Source: Orbicella franksi
Lineage: Eukaryota
Direction: 5' to 3'
Length of the DNA: 64,000 bases
Assembly: GCA_964199315.1 (NCBI GenBank)
Contig: OZ116699.1
Coordinates: forward strand, 34,782,001-34,846,000
How positions within the stretch are numbered: position 1 is the stretch's first letter; each line of letters begins with the position of its first letter. The notes beneath the pieces are model-generated. The model saw only the letters and a list, made by a program, of their open reading frames with translations. It did no database searches and was not told the origin of the DNA. Position numbers and translations under genes: made by a program. Positions 20,873 through 33,200 of this stretch are shown piece after piece.

Positions 20873-23800
20873 TAAACATTGACGTTTTTCTCCGTTGGCA
20901 AATGAGTTTGATCTTTTTATACCTTTCATTTCATTTTCCATTCACACTAGATTTCACGGACAAAGATCACAAGGACGATCACTGAAAACATAAGTGGTTT
21001 GCCGTTGCGAGTACAGATCAAGCAGAGCTTATTTTTGAGAATGAACAAACTTTGAATTCTGGAAAAGTTTGGTCCACGAAGCTAGCCAATCACGATCGTC
21101 AATCACCATTATAATGTGTCCTTAAAGCTCCAAAGCCAGCTTTCCCTCGTGTCAAGACCCCTCCGGCTAAGAGAGACAGGCGGCTCTGGGGTCGAGAATC
21201 CAAGTTCCTCGCGCTAAGCCCCTCTAGCTGAAAGGAACAGACCCTTTGGGAACAAAAATGAGTGATTTGAACAAAAATTCTGGGACCCAGTTTCTCTCTT
21301 TCTTAGTGTCATAATATTGCGCTAGAAATGTAAAACACACCTACATTTAATTTTATGGAGATTGCATCATTTCGGCTTTGTCTCAAATCGTTTTCAATTT
21401 CAACAGCTCCGCTTGAGTTCATTTCTGGTTCATTGTACGCCATCTTGTAAGACGTAGAAGGTGTGCCATTTCTATTTATAAACGTACGCTATATCTACTC
21501 CAGAATTAATAGTTTCGTTTTCTTTTCATAAAAAGCTCAAATCGTTTGACTGCTTTTTAATAACGCCCACAGTTTGAACTTGAGTTGCCCGTGTCTTTAG
21601 AAGCCAATATAACAGCACTTGAAGGCAGGACGCCTAGGAGCCTTTCTTCCTTTCGTGTGGTTTAATCAACAGTTCCTCATGATCATCACTGCTGGTAGCA
21701 GCGAAATTAACTGGAATAGACGAGACTTGGATTCAATATTTTCCTCTAAATAGGTAATAAATATGATATAAACCTGATATTTGTTTACGATTCTCATGTT
21801 AACATGACGAGGCAAGAACGCTAACGAAGAAAACAATTTTTTCATTGTTGAAGCAGGAAATCTGTTAACAGCGATTGTATTGTATTAATAAAGTTTTCGT
21901 TTTTACCATAGAAACCTTAATTTTTCACTGATTATTAAGGTGAAGGCATAGGAAACGCAAACAGGTGAGTGCAGTTAAATGATTTAGTAACAAAGTTAAG
22001 GGACAAAGTCATCTTAATTGAACACACACGCGCAGATAGTGGGGAAGAACTAGACGGAAATTTTAGTGCAGAGGCTAAGCAACAGAAAGAACTTTGTTTA
22101 CTTCTCTGCGGAATTTCTTCACGCCAGAATTGATGACATAAAACATCACAACAGCTGTTACAAAGACAGCGCTATCTAAACTGATACAAAAACTACAGCA
22201 AATCAAATCTGAACTGAAAGTTTTGAAGAGGTGAAATAAGAAGATGCCGATAAAAAAAATTAAAAAGCCAGTTGTAAACGAAATGAGCCACACACGAAAT
22301 GTATCTTTTAATCTATAAAATTTGCTTCCTCTATATTAGCACTGGCTTTATATTGAAGTGCCTGCGCGACCACCCTAACCTTACATTTACATTTAGGAAT
22401 AGAAGAAAAGTGTTGCACGCGAGTGGCTTGAAAAATTTTCTAATTAGTTTGAAATATTTTTGGTTGATTCTGATGGGATCCATTTGAATTAACCAATAAA
22501 AATAGCGGAAGTTCAAGGAGTCATATAATAATGACCAGCATTAGTGTTCCTTGTTACATCGGTTTGCGTCAACAACCCTGACACAATTAAGATTAAAACA
22601 AAACCCATAAAAAAATCTGTCAAACCTAATCGTGTAAGCAAAAAACGTTGTCGCCTGTCAAATATACTCTCACGAAATGGCGAAATGACAAAAAAAAAGT
22701 GAGTATATCGAGAGCATATCATGTCATTAACACAAAAGGAGATCGTCTCCGGTTTTTTTGTTTATTTTGTTTAGTTCACTTTGCCCGAAAAATGCCATTT
22801 CTTCCGAAGATCAGGAAGTTGAAAAAGGCTATTCGATATCTTCTCTCTTCAAACTAGTAAAGAAAATTTAAAAACTGACGTTAAGACTTTCATAGCAACC
22901 CGCAACAGAGTTTCCACTCTATATTGATTCTCGGGCGAGAGTATGCTTTCGGGAGTGATCGTGGCGAATCGAAAACTCGTCGGAGAGTGCGATAACCAGC
23001 AACTGTTCGGATCCTTAAATGTATCCATAGAAGAATGAAAAGTAATCAGAGAAACTTATTGACGTTAGGCTTTTACAGATGTTTCTTTTATAGCAACTTT
23101 AATTTTGGTTTTAGAGTTAATTACTAAATTTGCACGTACCTGATACCTGAATTCAATCGCGACAAGAAATGGTGTTAGCGCATAAGTGACAAATATTAAA
23201 GCTTCGGTTATCGTGAAAACCCAAATATTGTGAGAAAGTACAGAACACAACCACCTGGGATTTTTAATTTTAGTACATTTTAATCCTTGTCAATATGAAG
23301 ATGTCATGTTGGTGTACATACTGAAATAAATCAAGTTTTATTAAATTAAGTATCGATCAAATATTCTTCAGTACATCGAATATCCTTTAGCGAGAATTCA
23401 GGCACAATTAAACCAACATAATACGGGAGGTTCTAATCACAACTCGCCCTGTTTTATTATTAATTAGGCGAGAAAAGAATAGAAAATTATTTCGGTTTAC
23501 ATGCAATCGTCAATTCCGGTCGTATAGCGGTTAATCTCCCTACTGTTCTTCTTATGTCAAAGTCGCGAAAATTCAATCAGGTCTTGACAAAATTGAACGC
23601 GATACAGATTAAAATTTTCAATTTTCAATTTAACTTGATAGTTGAAGATAAGAGAAGCAATTTTGGTATAAAAACTTAAGACGCGGTCCTGTTTATATTT
23701 GTACGACGAAATTATTGAAAATCCACGAAACGTGACATTTGATCGCTGTACCTTCAGAGGAAGAAGGAAAGAAGAGTTTTAATCAAAGGCGCAACAAAAG

Positions 23801-23904
23801 CAAGAAAAACAATAGGATAAGAGTTTTAAACTGAAATAATATCTTTCTTTTTTGTTTTGTTTTACATGTAAGACGTTAAGAAGGTCAACTTCCAGTGGTT
23901 TAAA

Positions 23905-24882
23905 ATGTCGTCGGGTAAAGAAGTCCTCACGCTTAACAACGCACAGAGAAACAATGTTATTATAGCCATCGAAGCAACCGCCCTGATTTTGGTGGACATC
24001 ACAGCCTTGATCGGTAATGCTCTAGTTTTTGCCGTTGCCTACAGAAATCGCAGGCGCCACACCATCACGGATCTCCTTATCGTGGCTCTGTCCCTAACAG
24101 ATCTGCTTGTGGCGGTGACGGTGATGCCGCTGTCAGCTGGAAGTCTCATCTCTGGAGTCTGGCTATACAACCGATCCGTCTGTCTTTTCCAAGGATTCTG
24201 CATTATAACCTTCGCTACCGCATCCCTCAACACATTATCTGTGATTGCAGTGAACCGGTATTTCTGTGTCGTGAGACCCAACGACTACCGAACCGTATTT
24301 TCCATGAAGAAAACGCTGGGATACATAGCGCTTGTCTGGTTGCTTGCTTGCAGTTTTTCCACCTCGCCGCTTGTGTTCGGAAGAGAAGACTACGCCTTCC
24401 AACCCGGAAAAGTCCTGTGCGTTTATCCCTTTGAAATCAACATCGCCTACACCGTGTGCCTGGATATTCTCTTCATCGGAATTCCGACAACAGCTATTTG
24501 TTTCTGCTACTGGCGCGTTTTTAAGACGGTACGGGGGCGAAACCGTGTCATGACAGCCAACGACGACGAGTTAACGTCCAGAGTTCACGTACAAGATGCG
24601 AACATCACCAAAACACTTCTCTTCGTCCTGGTTGGATTTGCTTTTTGTTGGCTCCCAGTATTAGTGATGGACACGATTGACGTGGTGACAGGTGCGCTCA
24701 TTCTCCCGCGCCAACTCTACCTGTTCTATACTTTCATGGTTTTCTTGTCCTCTACCATAAACCCATTCATCTACGCACTTGTTAACAAGAGATTCAGAAG
24801 GGAATACTGGAAGATTTTGCGGCGACTGTGCTGTGCCCGCCGTCACTTTCACGTCGCATCGGTAGGATCGTCGATAAACTAG
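23905..24882 (+). CDS. Intronless class A (rhodopsin-like) GPCR, melatonin-receptor-like orphan, 325 aa
   Basis: Seven hydrophobic segments. TM1 GN, TM2 LSLTD, TM3 IAVNRY (NRY for DRY), TM4 W, TM5 P, TM6 CWLP, TM7 NPFIY, helix 8 NKRFRRE, C-terminal CC. Confidence 0.93.
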   Translation: MSSGKEVLTLNNAQRNNVIIAIEATALILVDITALIGNALVFAVAYRNRRRHTITDLLIVALSLTDLLVAVTVMPLSAGSLISGVWLYNRSVCLFQGFCIITFATASLNTLSVIAVNRYFCVVRPNDYRTVFSMKKTLGYIALVWLLACSFSTSPLVFGREDYAFQPGKVLCVYPFEINIAYTVCLDILFIGIPTTAICFCYWRVFKTVRGRNRVMTANDDELTSRVHVQDANITKTLLFVLVGFAFCWLPVLVMDTIDVVTGALILPRQLYLFYTFMVFLSSTINPFIYALVNKRFRREYWKILRRLCCARRHFHVASVGSSIN

Positions 24883-25936
24883 TTTTTAACTCGGATTGAA
24901 AGCTTAAGAGGTTTTATTTATGAAAGTGACTTCATAGGCCTGTTTGCATTCTGTTTTGAAGAGGAAGGCCGTGAGTGAATTAAGGATAAAAAGTCACTAT
25001 CGTTTTGGAGCTTAGAGGTGCGGCACCTTGAAATTCATGAGGATTGCACCGCGTTTAAACTTTTCTGTAAATAACAACTCGGTGCATGGTGTAATCAATC
25101 TTGGTCTTAAGTAGCGAGTTTGTGATTTAGCTTAAAGAAAACTACAAGCAAGGGTGAGGATAGTATGTTTCATAGCTTTATAAAAACTAGACGCGTTCAG
25201 ACAGTAAGTGCGCTGACTGTACAGTGGAACGGAATGCGTCCGTAAACGTTTATAAAAACCGCACCCAAAGCTAAAATTTGAGAACCTTTTTGTAACTGTT
25301 ACACCCGCTTATTTCTTTATAATTTTCGATTTGTAACAATACCTTTGTAAGATAAGATTCCTATCAGATCTTTCTCTTGATTGAGTTACAAGAAACTTTA
25401 ATCAAAGATCGCGAGCAAGATACATTTTACATGTAAATGGGCGGAAAATATATCTGTAACATGAACCCGCTAAATATTGTTTATTAAAGACTGATAAAAT
25501 TATACATTGTCAGACCCTTACCTGATTTGTTGTGGAGTTTAATCGCAACAATGCACAGGAGAGAGGGTTTTTAGATCTACGTTTACCGCAAGCGACAAAC
25601 GGCGACGGGTCACGTGACCAGACCCAGAGGTCACGTTTGAGGTTTTCGACTCGCGTTCCGAACGTTATTAACAGGTAGATTTTCACGTAAGTCATTCATC
25701 TCAAGCTTTATTGCCTTGAAATTTATTACATACCACGTAAAAATGCTGAAATCGAATAAAGTAACAATTTTTCTACGAATTCGTTGTAATTTTTAACCAA
25801 ACAAGCAATTACCCAGCCTTTTGTTGTTGTTTGTAGAAAGGCACTGATGCTACTACAATGTTCCCTAATTCTTATTTTTACCCTAGCCAATTATAATTTG
25901 GGGAATTACAGTTTATGAACCAAGGTAATATCTCAC

Positions 25937-28018
25937 CTTGAATCCAAGAATGGAGAAAATAACGATTGAAGCAAATATGGGGGTACCACAGTTAATAGTG
26001 GACACCAGAATGGCGTCTCTCTTGTAGTTGTTGTGCACGTCATTGTAACTCGACATTGCGATAAGCCCTCCAACTGCTAACCCCAAGGAATAAAAGATCT
26101 GTGTTGCCGCTTCTAACCAAACTTGAGGATCGGCTAGCTTTTCAAACTGGAAAAAAAAACAGAGGAAAAATGGAAAAACAACCACGTAAATATCAAATAA
26201 AATCGTACAGGGTGTTAACATGACATGAGGTTTATAATACAGGAGTCAGCCAATAAGGGGGCGTTACTGGCATATTTTTAATTTTGTCCCTATGAATTAT
26301 TTGGTAAATAAGCCATGCTGATAGAACAGCATACCAAGAGTTGTGACGAGTTTACGCATGGCAGCGCATTGTTTATACCTTATGTAAAATAACAGAAATT
26401 TCAATGTGGTTTACCGGAATAAAATTGAATAGCTATGGACCAATCATATCACGCGAATTCCGATTTTTTTTGTCACTATACCATATCTTAACCGCGTAAG
26501 TGATGATACTTTTTTTTCAGTCCCGTTACTTGTAATTATTTTTAGTGATTTAGCAATTTCTTGCTTTTGCAATTGAGAAAGACTGCACTTTACTTTTCTG
26601 TATACTTGAATCTCTTCTTATCAGCGGACTGTGTAAAAACAACGCGCATATATACCATTGGAAATTGCAACACTCGCCTTTGGAATTACGATAGATAAAT
26701 TCTCCTCTTTCCATGTTTGTACATTTTGCTACTTATTGCTCGGTGAGCCAAACTAACGCGTGCAAATGTTATCTCCTTAGAAATTTTCCTCTCGTTCCCT
26801 TACAAGTGTTACCTCAGGTGTAAACATATGTTTGATGCCATCTCCAGAGCCTGGTAAACTGAAGCCGCGACCAAAGAAGATGGGAAGGTAGCGGTAAAGT
26901 AGACAGCCTGAAAACAAGCAAGAAATTTGATCACATTTTTGTGGTAGCATACGTGTAAGCTTCTTCCATTTGCTTTAGTTCATAGGAGACCTGTGCAAGT
27001 GTCGTCCATTTTTGATAAAATATGAAGCACATGTACCCCAAATATGTCTTCACAGCGTTCGAACCCCAGTCAAACGTCTCCTGAGTGCTTTCAGCCCAGT
27101 TCCTCCGATGACGTCACTAGAAGCTCGACCCAGATCCCACTTTGCGAGGCCGTGGCCGCAGAAATTTTAAACGCTTGTAGAAAAGTGGGGATTTTATCAA
27201 TTGAGATAATTTTTGCGCTGAAGTAATTGGGAAAACTAGTTCATTTTATTAAAGGAAAATCAAAATAAAATTGGGGGTTAGTTGCACTTTTAAAAAGCAA
27301 AGAGTCTCCAATACTTTTAGTTGCAGGAGTTCGGTTAGCTGGCAGCAGCGTGGTCTCTCCACGGACTTCCTATTTTGTCTTGGGTTTGCCGGAGACCGCA
27401 AAAAAGGATTTACTGCAGAGGATTTGAAAAAAGCTTGAACGCAAGGAGGTGGCCTTGGGAAAAGACAGAAAAGAAAAACAACTCGTTACAAAAAAAACAT
27501 ATACGTCTGTGGACAGACAAGGAGCCGCGCAAAAACTTGACTCATTTGACTTGACCCTCCTCCCCACCACACCCCGCCCCCGAAGAAAAATACAAGAGGG
27601 GCTTTGTATCCTGATTGTAAGAAAAACTAAAGGTTGGCTTTGACAATCACCTTTCCCGCAGATTCCACTCCTCGCATCATGCACAGGAACACCACAATCT
27701 ACGAAAGCAACAACACCAGGCATAAATGCAACCTACAACAAAACCATTGCTGTGGTCGTTGAATTACATACCTCCACCATTTTTCTGGCACAAATACGGG
27801 AATCGCCAGACATTTCCAAGGCCAACAGCAAATCCTACAGTAGCCAGCATGTATTCCAGTTTATTGCCCCATCCCTTTTTTTTCCCTTCTTCGACATCCA
27901 CTTGCGATTCACTTTCCGTGTTGCCTTTCGTATCTTGGCCAGCTATGGCATGTTCGTCGTTCGATGGGGAAGTCACCGTGACGGTAATTTGTCCGTTTTG
28001 TTCGCTTTTCTCTGTCAT
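25937..28018 (-). pseudogene. Truncated SLC6 paralogue (exons 1-4 only, disabled)
   Basis: Exon 1 28018-27772 is intact. Only the last ~82 nt of exon 2 remain (27732-27651), with TAG at 27699-27701 where the intact gene has TGG. Exon 3 26907-26813 is 95 nt vs 111 nt (frameshift). Exon 4 26146-25937 is 210 nt and open. Exons 5-9 were not found by eye. Confidence 0.88.
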
Positions 28019-28562
28019 TTTCCTAGCACTCTTGCGGTACGTTCGGTGCAAGCTGCTGGATCTGCCACCCCTCGAGTGTCAGCTCGGTGTTAATATTTAA
28101 TATATTAAACCTGGACAGTAACCATGCCGACTACCCCTGCTTCAAGAGCATCGAATTTCCAAAACAATCATCGAAACGCGCAGAACAAAAGTGTGCTTCA
28201 GTTGCTTACAATTTACAATCGAATTTACAATCCTCAACGAGCCTTGAGAAACAGAAAACGACACTGACCCTGATACTAAACGTCAACCAAAATATAACAA
28301 CTGGCTTTTCGATGGCTTTCTTTTTTCGCAGCGGTAGGGGTGATGAAAATTTAATAAGATAGAGATCTTGAGCACCGCATGATCATTCTAATCGATTCTA
28401 AGAATGTATCTTTCCATGCCCAGGCTGGGTATGTTTATTTTTCTGCCGAGATGAGGCTAAAAATATTCTTGTGTACATTCTTAGATTACAGAGTACACGT
28501 ATTGTACACGTATTTCAGCTAAATAAACTGGACGTGACCATGCATGAATTGAATTATCAAGT

Positions 28563-29591
28563 CAGGGGCGTAGCCAGGGGGGGGGGTTCCAGGGATTCTG
28601 CAACCCCCCTTTTGGGTTATGAAAATGGATTTTATTTCAAGAGGAAAAAAGTATCGGAACCCCCCTTTCGAAATTCCGCGAGACGAGATTTTCGTTTTTG
28701 AAGAAGAACAAAAGAAAATCAATTTAAAAAGGCATCACATGCTATATCGCAGGTTACAATATTACAAGGGTGCATAAATTGGACGGATCATACGAGCCTC
28801 CCGTGCCTACTTCCAGCCTTGCTAGTTTCTCGAGAAGGAAACCCTTTACAAGCCGCTTTGCAGTACTATGCAGATGGCCTACCATTACCCCAGGTTTTTG
28901 ATGTGGAACTTTTCCGTTGACGGGGAAAGTGGCTAAACGTGGATCAAGACCTACCCAGCAGTGCAGTTCAGGCATCAGAAGAATGCAACCATGAATTCTC
29001 TCCAAACGTACATAAGTTGCTGCGTATCTTATGTACGTTGCCAATTACCTCTGCAGAACGTGAGCGATTGTTCAGTACATTATGGCGACTGAAACCTTAT
29101 CTGAGGGCGACCATGACCAGTGAGCGAGAGTCTGGACTTGCGCTAATGAACATCCATTATGGTAGGCAAATTGACATTGATGCAACAATCGACATTTTTG
29201 CACGGAAGCATCCACGGCGCCTCCTTCTTTCTGATATCCTAGCTGAGGGAACGGTAAATCACAAGTCTACAGCATTTGATGACTGAGTATGTAATATGTT
29301 AATCAACTATTATATTATTCATTTTTAATTCTATTACGATCCATCTCTTCAGGAAGCGAGATTTAAAATCTCCTCTTAGAAATGCTAGCTACGTTTGGCC
29401 CTGAAATTATTTGAAATTTTGTGCTCAGAATCAAGGAAACGCCACTTCTGAAGACCCAAAATTCAAATATTTTCCGGGGAAGCATGCCCCCGGACCCCCC
29501 TAGCAAAGAGCGCCTCCGGCGCTCAATTGTCAATCGGGCAAGCGACATACATTAGGAACCCCTCTATGCAAAACGGCTGGCTACGCCCCTG
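28563..29591 (+). mobile_element. hAT transposon internal-deletion remnant (THAP12/ZMYM1-like C-terminal dimerisation domain)
   Basis: Perfect 15-bp TIR CAGGGGCGTAGCCAG / CTGGCTACGCCCCTG with CAAGT on both flanks. ORF 28939-29286 PNVHKLLRILCTLPITSAERERLFSTLWRLKPYLRATMTSERESGLALMNIH matches the hATC signature. A stop lies upstream in frame. Confidence 0.9.
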
Positions 29592-30260
29592 CAAGTAGAA
29601 CTACATGGTGTCTGTAACATGTTACATTGCGCAAGTTCTTTCATGGCTTTTATTTATATATACGTACTTTTTATCGTTTTGTTAGCTAGTTAGAATTAAC
29701 CATAATTTTCGATGGTAAAACACGTGATTTCCCTGTATTTTATTTTCCATCAATCAGAGAAAAAATGATGTTCAGCCTTAATTGGCCTTCCGCCAATTTC
29801 AGCCTTAATATTCGTATGAATATTCTTTGGTACTGCAATACTACCGAGAATTCACTAGTTCCTAATCCAAACTAGCTAGCAGACGTCAACTTTTTCAACA
29901 TGGTCAACATGGCTCTCCTAACACAAGAAGAAAGGAAGGACACCAAACTATGACCTAGAAATGCTAGATCTGTTTCACTCTCCGAAATAATACTGAAGAG
30001 TGAATAATCGTCCACAACATTTATTTGAAAAACTAGATCCACGCAACAGTTAAATCACTAAATTTGAATCCTATCCACACGAACTGAAAAATTTCAAGTC
30101 AAACCGAGAAATATCCTACTAGCGAGATTGACGGCCTCGTCAACCTGACACCAAAACCTCTACAATACAATCGAAACAGTCCAATATTTACAAGCGCATC
30201 TGAGTTACTGCTTAAAAGCGCCAAAAGTTGTGTCAAAGCCTGTTCAAGTTTCCATGTTGG

Positions 30261-33200
30261 TCAAGAGGTACCACTAAGGACCCTCTGCCTGGTGTACTCC
30301 CACACGAGAAGGGCCCCGCTAACGTGCACGTTAAGGGACCTAATGACCCCAACCTGCGGGATCTCAACGCACACGTCCAGCATCTGAATTAGCTCTACGG
30401 GTATTCCTTCCTTCTCGTTGCCAAGCAGCAAAAGCGACTTATGCGGGAACTGGTACCGAGTCAAGTTCACGCTATTGGCCGTCTGTTCAACGCCAACTAG
30501 CGCGTAACCCTCGTGGCGCATGTTCTCTAGGTAGGATTTCAGCTCGGACATGCGTACCTCTTCAAGGTTCATCCACTTTGCGGCGCTCACGCTAAGCGAT
30601 TTGAACTGAACATCTTCAATCACGTGCGAATTGCTAAGAACCAATGTCTGAACACCAAAAATTTCGCACGTCCGACACAAACCGCCGAGATTTGGGGCCT
30701 TGTCGATGAGCGATGCGACTACGATCAGGTTTCCAGACGAGCTCTTCTGAAGGTTCGCCATTCGCTGCTCTTGCATTTCCGAAATCATTTCTTCATCAGG
30801 AGGAATCACTTTCCAGGGCATGATCTTCTTCTGTACGTCGCGGCTCTGTGGTCCACATAGATTTGTTTCGTTTACCGCCTCGCTTGATTGCACCGTGTCT
30901 GACCTGTTCAATACTTGGCCCGCTAATCTTCGACTGATTTGTTCTCCAATGCTTTCATCGCAGTTAACATAAACACCGTTTAAAATCTGAGCAAGACGTG
31001 TATCCTCGGGGTTGTACAGCGGTAATCCACGGAAGTCAGCCCCAGATGTCTCCCAAACGCGCATACCCAACGATCCCTGGCTCAAAAACTTGGGAGAAAT
31101 CCACTCTTCGTCTGTAACCCCCGCCAGGCGAGGGAGGGTCTCAAACAGGGTTTGAATGGAAAAATCTCGGAAAGGATGACAATCTAGGAAGAAAACGTCT
31201 CCCAAAAGGCGCGTTTTCTGTCGCAAGCCGTCTTTGCTTGTCTCCAGGAAATATACGCACGACTGGATGATGCTGTGATTTGAGATAACGTCATGCAGAT
31301 TTCGCCGTTGGCAGGTGAGCCACATCTTCTGTAACGCTACTTGAGCGTACGCTTGGACCTGAAGGAGAAGAGAAACAAGGCGGTAACTGCTCTGCTGTTC
31401 TCATTTACCTGGACGACAAGTGTAGTTTGTCTTTGGAAGTAAAATGCATTGACATGAAGCTCAAGACTTGAGCCGAGACTGGACTTATAATGACTTGGAT
31501 CTCGGGGCTTCCCAGAATGCGTTGAGTCAACTCTCGTCAACTATCATCTCCTTGAGAAGTGACTAAACTGTAATCGGGCGGGGGGGGGGGGGGGTGAGCG
31601 GGACTGAGCTAGGAGAAATCTGGTAGAGCTGGGGACGGGAAAGCTACTAGATGAAGAAGTCACACGAACAGTATTTTTGTTGTTGTTGTTCATTGAGATT
31701 GAAGAGTGGCAACGGAAAGAAAACGGACACAGGACCTAGAATTCTCAAACTCATTAATAATTCATCAAGTTTAAACAAAGTAAATAATGACCGTGACGGT
31801 GTTTGGATATTTGATCTAAATTAGCAGAGATTTTTAAGATTTTATTTCTTCGTTTTCTCTTTAGTTTTAGTTGCGACTGAGAAAATATATCAAACAGTCA
31901 AGACAGTGTTTAACCACATTACCAAACACCTCGAGGTTCATCGAAAATACTCCGCTACACGTCGCACTTGTGAGTTTGGAGATGTGGTCAAGAACGGTCT
32001 GTCTTGTTTGATATATTACTAGCACACCCCCTCCCGTCACTCCTACTGGCAAAATCGGCATCACGTCAAAAGGCCAAATTCCGCTCGAGATTTTACCACT
32101 GTATTTCCACCCCCTGGATGACATGCTCATCTATCTCAGTGTTGTCCCCAACAACAAAATTGACTTGTTCTCATTAATACGCCTTGGTGGAAAAAGGCAT
32201 TGTGAGAATAAAGTGTCTTCCTCAGGAAAACAAAGCAATGATCGCGCACAGGCCTTGAACTCGGACCGCGTGATTCAGAGTCCAGCACGCTCACCATTAC
32301 TTTTAGGCCACCGCGTTTTCTGCGTCACTCCTATTGAATGCAGTTAAATGCAAAATTCATCTAAGTTAAAAAGAAGGGAAGCTAGCATTCGCAGGAGGTC
32401 AGCAGTCCTTGGACGTTCGCGCAGGTGCAGAGTACTGCATTGTAGTAGCGTGTTCGAACGTGGAGGATTTCCGTGGAGCTTCGGGTTATTTTGTTCTCGA
32501 TTTTTCTACCCCCACTCCCTTTTTCCACTGTTATTTCAGTGTGATGGGGGCCTGGATGACTGTATGTGGGGGCTCATGGCTAAGGCATGCGAGCGTTTCA
32601 CTGTCCAGGAGCCCCCAGACATCCTGAGCACCCATCTTCCATACAGCTTGATGCAGTTGTTAATCAACATTTAAACAACAACTTATCACACATAGCCTAC
32701 CGTAACATGCGGGGTCAACACCCAGGGAAGGATGACGGGAAAAGCCTGCTGGAAGTAGGCAGCCTGGGAATGAGGATCCGAGAACGAGAACTCTCCGACT
32801 AGCGCAGCGACTGTGATGAGTGACAACACGCTACCAGCGCGCCTGTCTGGGTCGTAAATGAGCTGTTGCCATAGTAACGGCTCCAGGCTTGGATACCTGA
32901 ATGAACACAATTGCAGAACATATTTTAGTTAACCTCCAAAAAACACACATTGCCCATATTTTTTCTCAACATACCTTTCCTTGGGCTTAGTTTTGGAGGT
33001 CGAGAGGGCTTAGTTGCTATTTTCGTAATTTTTTGCATGTAAAATGCTCGGATGTGTTTTCAAAAGGCAAAAAGCTGTTACTTTTGTTACGTTGCCGAGT
33101 TTGCTTCCGGTTCTTTACATTTCGTTGACAAAGCAAACTACTATTTAGCGTTATCCTTCCTCTGAATAACTGGGGCTAGCATAATAAGAAAGGTAATTTG

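Noticed and set aside
22075-22800. Chain of hydrophobic minus-strand ORFs resembling a membrane-protein or GPCR relic
   Set aside because: The strand is very T-rich, which by itself produces F/L/I/V-rich ORFs. No diagnostic motif; BLASTX would be needed to rescue it.
27370-28100. Listed ORFs of 113-124 aa
   Set aside because: Alternate-frame or antisense shadows of SLC6 pseudogene exons 1-2.
32370-32640. RNase P/MRP or 7SK identity for the structured intron block
   Set aside because: Only fragmentary matches (AGGGAAGCT, GGGGCTCA, GGATG/CATCC); the P4 pseudoknot strands are missing or in the wrong order.
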